Source of the DNA: an uncultured archaeon | GTDB lineage: Archaea > Iainarchaeota > Iainarchaeia > Iainarchaeales > 1-14-0-10-31-34 | Reading direction: 5' to 3' | NCBI GenBank assembly: GCA_964442255.1 | Contig: CAYTYC010000005.1 | Location: forward strand, 1 to 60,809 | Length of the DNA: 60,809 nt | Shown here: in pieces, positions 54,991-60,809 of the stretch | How positions within the stretch are numbered: position 1 is the stretch's first letter | How the letters are laid out: each line of letters starts with the position of its first letter | Translations under genes and position numbers: made by a program | The notes under the pieces: generated by a model | What the model was told of the DNA's origin: nothing | The model's database searches: none | What the model saw: the letters and a program-made list of their open reading frames with translations, nothing else

Positions 54991-55557
54991 ATGGAAATGA
55001 AGGCGGAAATAATTGCGTTGATTGCGCTGGGAACGGTGCTGCTGCCTGGCTGCCCCATGCAGGGAATGGGCTTCAGTGAAGGCGTCAGCAGATTGGTTGA
55101 AGTGAACGAAAAATACGGGCTGGACAGCGAAACGCTTTTCCCAGCAACCGAAAAAAAAATTAAGGCATACCAGGCGGATGTGGCCCGGCTGAAGGAAGAA
55201 TTTGAAAGCCAGCCGGACACCGCAGACGGAAAGGCACTGAAGCTTTTGGCAGGCGGACTGGAGGAACTGGCTGCGGCGCAGGCTGAAATGCTGGAGTCAC
55301 GGGAAGACGCGGAAAGGCTGGCCGAATGCTCGGGGGCAAGGCATGAAAAGGTAATGGACTCATTCAGGGAAATAACGGAAAAGGCTGGAAGCGCTGAACA
55401 AAAACTCGGTGCCCTGCTTGAAAGCCATCCTTCGCAGGCGCAGCTGATAAAAGAGTACCTGGAAAACCTGGAAACGCTTTCAGGCGCGATGAAGGAAAGC
55501 TTTACGGAAATAAGGCAACAAACAGAAAGCGAATGCAGGCAAGGGGAAACCGGTTGA
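54991..55557 (+). CDS. Hypothetical helical lipoprotein
   Basis: Signal peptide with an LLPGC lipobox; amphipathic helices. Confidence 0.7.
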   Translation: MEMKAEIIALIALGTVLLPGCPMQGMGFSEGVSRLVEVNEKYGLDSETLFPATEKKIKAYQADVARLKEEFESQPDTADGKALKLLAGGLEELAAAQAEMLESREDAERLAECSGARHEKVMDSFREITEKAGSAEQKLGALLESHPSQAQLIKEYLENLETLSGAMKESFTEIRQQTESECRQGETG

Positions 55558-55559
55558 TT

Positions 55560-55922
55560 AAAGCGCGAATAGCCCCGGCGGCAGGAAATGAAAACGGAGC
55601 AAGCACATCTGCTGCCGGGCAAAGCGGGGCGGCATGGAACCAAAGCTGCCCCACGGAAAGGGCAAATGCAAGCAAAGCAAGCAACCACCATACGGAATAT
55701 GGCGCACTCCGCTCCCGGCAACCACAGGCCACCGCAAGGCGAAAGCCGAACAACTGCCATGCAAAGCATGGCGCACTCCGCTCCCGCGAGAAGGCGGGAC
55801 TCCGCTCTCGCAAGCAGGCGGCAATGCAAGCGAAGCAAGCAAATCTGCCTCAAGCGAAAGCGAGAGGCAGCCTCCCGGCACTCCCGCCCGAAAACGGGAC
55901 TCCGCTCCCATAAGCAGGCGGG
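55560..55922 (+). repeat. Composite GC-rich repeat cluster upstream of bud32 (carries a repeat-derived ORF, 55588-55926)
   Basis: Duplicated blocks ATGGCGCACTCCGCTCCCG x2, CGGGACTCCGCTC x2, AAGCAGGCGG x2, ATGCAAGCRAAGCAAGCAA x2; many short hairpins. Confidence 0.75.
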
Positions 55923-56540
55923 ATGAAGGTGAAGGAAACCGTTTTGGGTGTCGGGGCGGAGGGGACGCTGACAAAAAAGCTTTTTCTCGGAAAAAAAGTT
56001 GTTGAAAAGAAAAGAAAGCCCAAAAGATACAGGGCAAAAGAACTGGACGAAAAAATCCGCAGGGAAAGGACAAAAAAAGAGGCTCTTCTTCTGCATGACG
56101 CGCGCGGGTTTGGCGTCAGAACCCCGCACGTGCTGAAAGTGGATTTGGATAAAGGAATTATTTTAATGGAATTCATTGAAGGAAAGGTTCTAAAGGAATG
56201 CATTAAAGGAAACTGGAAAAAATACTGCAGAAAACTGGGAAAAAAAATAGGATTAATGCACAAAAACGGGTTAATCCACGGGGATTTGACCACAAGCAAC
56301 GTACTCGTGGAAAACGGGGGACTGGCTTTTGTGGACTTCGGTTTGGGGTTCAGGAGCGAAAAAACCGAGGACAAGGCAGTTGATTTGGTTAACCTGAAAA
56401 AAACATTTGCCGCAACCCACCCTTCCCTTCCCGAAGGGTGGAAGGAAATTGCAGGAGCATACAAGGCGAATACGGGAAAAACAGGGGAAAAGGCTTTGCG
56501 CAGGGCCGAAGAAATAAGGAAAATGGCGCGGCATTCCTGA
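55923..56540 (+). CDS. bud32: KEOPS kinase Bud32
   Basis: GAEG, KRKPKRYR, RTKKEA, IHGDLTTSN, DFGLG, EDKAVDL. Confidence 0.96.
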   Translation: MKVKETVLGVGAEGTLTKKLFLGKKVVEKKRKPKRYRAKELDEKIRRERTKKEALLLHDARGFGVRTPHVLKVDLDKGIILMEFIEGKVLKECIKGNWKKYCRKLGKKIGLMHKNGLIHGDLTTSNVLVENGGLAFVDFGLGFRSEKTEDKAVDLVNLKKTFAATHPSLPEGWKEIAGAYKANTGKTGEKALRRAEEIRKMARHS

Positions 56541-56563
56541 AAAGGAAAAAAGGCAGGAAAAAC

Positions 56564-56582
56564 GTATTTAAAGCTTTGCAGG
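56564..56582 (+). promoter_or_regulatory. TATA-containing promoter motif upstream of rps15
   Basis: GTATTTAAAGCTTTGCAGG is identical to 30704-30722. Confidence 0.6.
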
Positions 56583-56646
56583 GAAAGAGATTATAACAAA
56601 AATAGCGTTTTTATTGCTTATTTTTTGGATTAAAAGAAGGTTTTGA

Positions 56647-57102
56647 ATGGCAAGGCTTCACAGCAGCAGCAAAGGAAAAAGCGGTTCAACCGAGCCAGGC
56701 TCAGGCACAAAGCCGGAGTGGGTTGAACTCAATCCGGAAGAGCTGACGGAATTGATTGTTTCACTGGCAAACACGGGGCACACCCCCGCGGAAATAGGCA
56801 CAATTTTAAGGGACCAGTACGGGGTGCCAAAAACAAAATATGTTTCAAAGAAAAAAATCACCCAAATACTGGAAGAAAACGGGGTCAAAGAAGATGTTCC
56901 CGGAGATTTGCTGAACCTCATTAAAAGGTCCGTGGAGCTCACAAAACATTTGGAGGCAAACAAAAAAGACTTCACCGCAAAACGCGGGCTGCAGCTCACA
57001 GTATCCAAGATAAGGCGGCTTTCAAAGTATTACACCAAAAAAGGGAAGCTTCCGGAAGGATGGAGATACACCCCGGAAAGGGCCGCATTGATGGTGAAAT
57101 AA
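56647..57102 (+). CDS. rps15: 30S ribosomal protein uS15
   Basis: MARLHS..KGKSGS, IGTILRDQYG, SKIRRL.KYY. Confidence 0.97.
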   Translation: MARLHSSSKGKSGSTEPGSGTKPEWVELNPEELTELIVSLANTGHTPAEIGTILRDQYGVPKTKYVSKKKITQILEENGVKEDVPGDLLNLIKRSVELTKHLEANKKDFTAKRGLQLTVSKIRRLSKYYTKKGKLPEGWRYTPERAALMVK

Positions 57103-57213
57103 ATGGAGTACAGGCTGGAAGTCAGGAAAGGCGTGAAAAACAGGAGTGAAAAAGGGGAAACCCGGCTGAAAGGACTGCTTGAAAAAATTAACGAAATAAT
57201 TGAGGAAATATAA
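57103..57213 (+). CDS. 36-aa ORF abutting rps15 and rps3ae, possibly a reduced Pcc1
   Basis: MEYRLEVRKGVKNRSEKGETRLKGLLEKINEIIEEI; TAAATG junctions at both ends. Confidence 0.55.
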   Translation: MEYRLEVRKGVKNRSEKGETRLKGLLEKINEIIEEI

Positions 57214-57846
57214 ATGGCGGACAAAAAAGGGAAAGCGGAAAAAAAGGGAAAAGCAAAACCCAGGCCCATGAAAGCAAAAAAGCGCACTACAGACAAGTGG
57301 AAAAGGAAAAAAATGTTCACTGTTTACGGCCCGCCATCCTTTGACAGGCAGGAAATCTGCAGCACCGTGGGAGAAAAGCCGGAAAACCTGAAGGGAAGGA
57401 AAGTAAGCGCAAGCGCAAGGGAACTCTTAAGGCAGGCAAAAAAGCACCACATCACATTCAACTTTAAAGTAAACGAGGTGCAGGGGCTGAAAGCCTACAC
57501 AGTGCTAAAAGGGTTTGAAATAAAGCCGGCATACATGCGGAGGCTTATACGGAGAAGAAGCTCAAAAATAGAATGCAACCAAACAGTCTTCACCAAAGAA
57601 AAAAACCAGGTGAAAGTAAAGACAATAGTGGTAACGCACAGGAAGGCGCCGAAAAAAAAGGCAACCGCGATAAGGAAAAAAGTCATGGAAAAAATATCGG
57701 AAACCGCGGCAAAAAAAGGGTTTGAGGACTTGGTGCAGGAACTGGTGTTCGGAAGCGCGGTCTCAAAAATATTCAACGACATCAAAAAAATTTCCCCAAT
57801 CAAACGAATTGAAGTCGTTGAAGCGACAATGAAAGAAGGGAAGTGA
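57214..57846 (+). CDS. rps3ae: 30S ribosomal protein eS1 (S3ae)
   Basis: DKWKRK, YMRRLIRRRSSKI, KKISPIKRIEV. Confidence 0.95.
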   Translation: MADKKGKAEKKGKAKPRPMKAKKRTTDKWKRKKMFTVYGPPSFDRQEICSTVGEKPENLKGRKVSASARELLRQAKKHHITFNFKVNEVQGLKAYTVLKGFEIKPAYMRRLIRRRSSKIECNQTVFTKEKNQVKVKTIVVTHRKAPKKKATAIRKKVMEKISETAAKKGFEDLVQELVFGSAVSKIFNDIKKISPIKRIEVVEATMKEGK

Positions 57847-57848
57847 AA

Positions 57849-58547
57849 ATGCCGGAACTGCTGGAGGCGGCAGTTCTCCTTGCGGCACTGTTCTTTTTCT
57901 CGGTTTTCTCATACAAAAAGAAAAGCATAGATTTTGAAGGAATAATAATAGGAAACATTGTGGGGCTTGCTGCCTTTTTCCTGCTTGGGCTTGAAGGCTT
58001 CGGGCTGATAGTGCTTTTTTTTGTTTTGGCGGAATCAAGCACAAGGCTTGCAAGGAAAAGAAAAGGGGAAACGCATGAACGCAGGACCGTGGGAAACATT
58101 GTGGGAAACAGCGCCGCGGCGCTGATTGCACTCGGCCTGTACTCCCATTTCGGGGGCTTAGCCCTGCTTGCAGGGTTTTACGGGGCGGTTTCCGCGGCGC
58201 TTGCGGACACCATTTCATCGGAAATCGGGCTGCTTTCAAGGAAAAAGCCTGTGCTGATAACCTCTTTGAAAAAGGTTGCGCCCGGAACAGACGGCGGAGT
58301 AACAATGCTGGGTTTTATTGCCGCAGTTTACGCGGGAATGGCCGTGGGGCTGATTCACTTTTACTTTTACAGGGAACTGATTTTGTTTGGAATAATTGTT
58401 TTCGCCGGTTTCTCCGGGTCCGTGATTGACTCCGTGCTCGGGGCGGGGCTTGAAAGGAAAGGAAAAATGGGAAACACGGGGGTTAACTTTCTCGCGAGCT
58501 TGGGGGGAGCGGGAATAGCGTGCGCTCTGGCAGGAATGTTCTTTTAG
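57849..58547 (+). CDS. DUF92 (TMEM19-like) membrane protein
   Basis: NIVGN, ALADT.SSEIG, PGTDGGVT.LG, DSVLGA.LE, VNF. Confidence 0.92.
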   Translation: MPELLEAAVLLAALFFFSVFSYKKKSIDFEGIIIGNIVGLAAFFLLGLEGFGLIVLFFVLAESSTRLARKRKGETHERRTVGNIVGNSAAALIALGLYSHFGGLALLAGFYGAVSAALADTISSEIGLLSRKKPVLITSLKKVAPGTDGGVTMLGFIAAVYAGMAVGLIHFYFYRELILFGIIVFAGFSGSVIDSVLGAGLERKGKMGNTGVNFLASLGGAGIACALAGMFF

Positions 58548-59443
58548 GAAAAAATTGGCTGCCTGAAATCCGGGCTCAATGAATGACGGAATCCGGAGCC
58601 AAAAGCAAAGCCCGCGTTTGCGAAAACATTAAACAAGTCAAACCGGGTTTTCTTCTTCAACTCCTTTTCCCTTGGTTTGCCTTCAATTCCCGCAAGCATT
58701 GCTGCTTCCTTTAACGCTGTTCCCCTTCCCCCCAAAACGTCAACCAGACCAAAGGCTTTTGCCTGCCTGCCGGAAAGAATCCTTCCGTCCGCGACTTCCT
58801 CAAACTCTTTTGGGTTAAGTTTTCCTTTCCTGAACTCCAAAACATCGCCCTTAAATGATTCAAAAGCCTGGGAAAGGATTTCCTGCAGGATTTCCTCCTC
58901 CTGTTCACTCATTTCCTTAAAAGGGGAGCCCAAATCCTTGAATTCGCCTTCCTTTAAAATCTTCATTTTTACCCCGATTTTTTCCAGCAAACCCTCCAAA
59001 TTGGGGGAAACGCTTATCACCCCAATGCTTCCGGTTATGCTGTCGGGGTCGGCCACAACCAAGTCAGAGGCCGAGGCAGCGTAATAGGCTCCGCTTGCCC
59101 CGACTTCAGAAATGAAGGCCACAACCGGCTTCTCGGTTCTGCGGATTGCCCTGACCAATTCCTTTGATGCCACAATCGTTCCCCCGGGGCTGTCAATTTC
59201 AAGCATTACCGCGGAAACGCTTGGGTCCTGTTCCGCCAATTCAATCAATTCAATTGTGTCCCGCACGGAAGGAGAGGAAAAAAACGGGTCAGAAGAGGAA
59301 ACAATTTCGCCCTTTACAGGGATTACCGCGATTTGCCCGGGAAGAAAGGAAAGGTTTTGGAAGGAAAAAACAAGCGCCAAAGCCGCGGCCAAAAGCAGTA
59401 GGGCAGCAAAAACAGACGCAAACACAAGGAAAGCCTTCTTCAT
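58544..59443 (-). CDS. sppA: Signal peptide peptidase SppA (S49)
   Basis: IDSPGG, KPVVA, GASGAYY.A, TGSIGV, ADGR, GLVD. Confidence 0.95.
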   Translation of the reverse strand: MKKAFLVFASVFAALLLLAAALALVFSFQNLSFLPGQIAVIPVKGEIVSSSDPFFSSPSVRDTIELIELAEQDPSVSAVMLEIDSPGGTIVASKELVRAIRRTEKPVVAFISEVGASGAYYAASASDLVVADPDSITGSIGVISVSPNLEGLLEKIGVKMKILKEGEFKDLGSPFKEMSEQEEEILQEILSQAFESFKGDVLEFRKGKLNPKEFEEVADGRILSGRQAKAFGLVDVLGGRGTALKEAAMLAGIEGKPREKELKKKTRFDLFNVFANAGFAFGSGFRHSLSPDFRQPIFS

Positions 59444-59548
59444 TTTTTTTCACCCTGTTCCGGTTTTTTTTTCCCAAAAGCCCCAAAAAGAATACCTATT
59501 TTAATATTAAAGAGGCTAATAGGTAATAAAAATAACGGTGAAAAAAAG

Positions 59549-60058
59549 TTGGCTGAAGTCTGGCTAAAAGTGGCCCTAATCCTGTTTCCCCTTTATTTCG
59601 CGAACGGCGCGGCAATGCTGTTCGGCGGAGGAAAGCCGCTGGATTTCGGAAAAAAATTCCGGGAAAACGAATTGTTCGGGAAAGGAAAAACAGTCAAAGG
59701 CGTTGTGTTTGGATTGCTTGCAGGGTTCGCCACTGTTTCGGCAATCAATTACCTTTTCGGGGCCGGCGCGGAAAAACTGGTTCCCGGGTATTTTTTCTTC
59801 GGTTTCCTGCTGGTTTTGGGGGGAATATCCGGGGACTTAATCGGAAGCTTTGCAAAGAGAAGAATGGGAATTGAAAGGGGAAAAAGCGTTTTCCCGCTGG
59901 ACCAGCTGGACTTTGTTTTAGGGGGAATAGCGTTCGGTTCCGCGCTTCACTGGATTGGGTGGATTGAACTGCTTGCGGTTGTCCTTCTCACCCTGTTCTT
60001 TCACCGCTTCTTCAACTCCCTCGCATTCAGGCTGAAGCTGAAGTCAGTGCCGTGGTAA
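59549..60058 (+). CDS. carS: CDP-archaeol synthase
   Basis: YFANG, PLDFG, FGKGKT..G, GDLIGSF.KRR.G..RG, DQLDF, LK.VPW. Confidence 0.93.
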   Translation: MAEVWLKVALILFPLYFANGAAMLFGGGKPLDFGKKFRENELFGKGKTVKGVVFGLLAGFATVSAINYLFGAGAEKLVPGYFFFGFLLVLGGISGDLIGSFAKRRMGIERGKSVFPLDQLDFVLGGIAFGSALHWIGWIELLAVVLLTLFFHRFFNSLAFRLKLKSVPW

Positions 60059-60132
60059 AAGAATTAAAAAAAAAGCCCGCCAAAAAGAAAAAAAAATTAA
60101 AACCCGCCCCTTAAAAAAACGGTGAAAAGAAA

Positions 60133-60612
60133 ATGGACAAAAAAATTCTTTTATTTTTGGTTAAATTTTTCCTTATTTTTGGGGTTCTGGAATTCATTAT
60201 CCTGAACGCGGATTTGGGGTTTGTGCAGGAACCCATTGCAAAGCTGGAGGGGGCCTTAAGCGGTTTGGAGGCCGAAGGAATAAACCTGATTTTTTCGGAA
60301 GGCTACTTTATTATAACGCCTTCCTGCACGGGGTTTGTGAGCGCAAGCATTCTGGCCGCGATAATTTTTTCGCTGAAAAAGCCTGCAATGGGAAAAAAGT
60401 TTTTGCTGCTCGCGGCTGGCACGGTTTTGCTGTTTGCGGTAAACATTTTCAGGATATACTTTGTTTTATTGGCAGGAATAAATTATGGGGGAGCTGCGGC
60501 GGAAGCAATGCACCAAATTTCATGGTTTTTGACCGCCGCGGCAATCATTTTTGCATGGCATTATTTGACGAAAAAAGTCACCGGAGTGAAAGAATTTTAT
60601 GAACTGCTGTGA
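60133..60612 (+). CDS. Short archaeosortase/exosortase-family transpeptidase
   Basis: Catalytic triad spacing: ITPSCTG (Cys), VNIFRI (Arg), MHQ (His), within TM helices. Confidence 0.85.
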   Translation: MDKKILLFLVKFFLIFGVLEFIILNADLGFVQEPIAKLEGALSGLEAEGINLIFSEGYFIITPSCTGFVSASILAAIIFSLKKPAMGKKFLLLAAGTVLLFAVNIFRIYFVLLAGINYGGAAAEAMHQISWFLTAAAIIFAWHYLTKKVTGVKEFYELL

Positions 60613-60680
60613 CGTCCTCATGCAAATGACATCCTCCCACGGCTAAAGCCGTGGGTTTCCCTGAATTCGTTGAGGATGTC
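60611..60680. mobile_element. IS200/IS605-type terminal palindrome (non-autonomous remnant, PATE-like)
   Basis: CCCACGGC-TAAA-GCCGTGGG hairpin (60636-60655) inside the inverted repeat GACATCCTC/GAGGATGTC; no tnpA or tnpB in the window. Confidence 0.6.
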
Positions 60681-60731
60681 TTTTTCCGTCAACGGCGAAG
60701 CCGCATGGCGTAAGCCACTTGCCGAAGGCAG

Positions 60732-60809
60732 TTTTTTGGCCAAACTTTTTTTTTAAAAAGTTTGTTTTGATGAAACTTTTTTGAAAAGTTTCTCCGCCGA
60801 AGGCGGCCC
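60732..60809 (+). repeat. Two REP-like hairpin elements plus a terminal GC mini-hairpin
   Basis: 60755-60793 is identical to 39-77; 60793-60809 is identical to 1-17. Confidence 0.85.

Noticed and set aside
54813..56129. 438-aa minus-strand ORF
   Set aside because: It crosses bud32, the repeat cluster and the lipoprotein gene in antisense. Only its last ~40 codons look coding, as the N-terminus of the frameshifted membrane gene.

Overview
This is a 60.8-kb archaeal chromosomal scaffold with one 100-N gap. The gene set, the GGTGA/GGAGG ribosome-binding sites and the A-rich, Lys/Glu-rich coding point to a DPANN archaeon, possibly Iainarchaeota/Diapherotrites (inference only). Most of the window is housekeeping genes: rtcB; the S10-spc-alpha ribosomal superoperon (rpl3 to secY to rpoD, tRNA-Leu(UAA), rpl18e to rps2); gltX; the rpl7ae-ndk-infB-eif2g-rpoE1-spt4-rps24e-rps27ae cluster; the t6A genes (sua5/tsaC, kae1, bud32); grpE-dnaK-dnaJ; valS; rps15; rps3ae; sppA; carS; and an archaeosortase-like gene. 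Accessory genes include a large Ig-repeat surface protein, two paralogous clan GH-A glycoside hydrolases, a malic enzyme, an ECF S-component and a decayed tryptophanase-like pseudogene. No CRISPR array, rRNA or transposase gene was found. The most interesting signals are non-coding or cryptic. (1) A family of about 12 REP-like hairpin elements shows base-pair covariation, sits at gene junctions, and at some sites is flanked by 15-23-bp duplications of the target. (2) A second, GC-rich repeat is inserted in frame into rps27ae and also marks both edges of the 12-kb block that separates kae1 from bud32. (3) Single-base frameshifts at homopolymers affect accessory envelope genes but not the conserved cores of housekeeping genes. 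(4) A kink-turn overlaps the rpl7ae ribosome-binding site, and rpl3 has a structured leader. (5) There are apparent CTG and ATA start codons, a 36-aa ORF in the Pcc1 position, and long charged tails on many ribosomal proteins.
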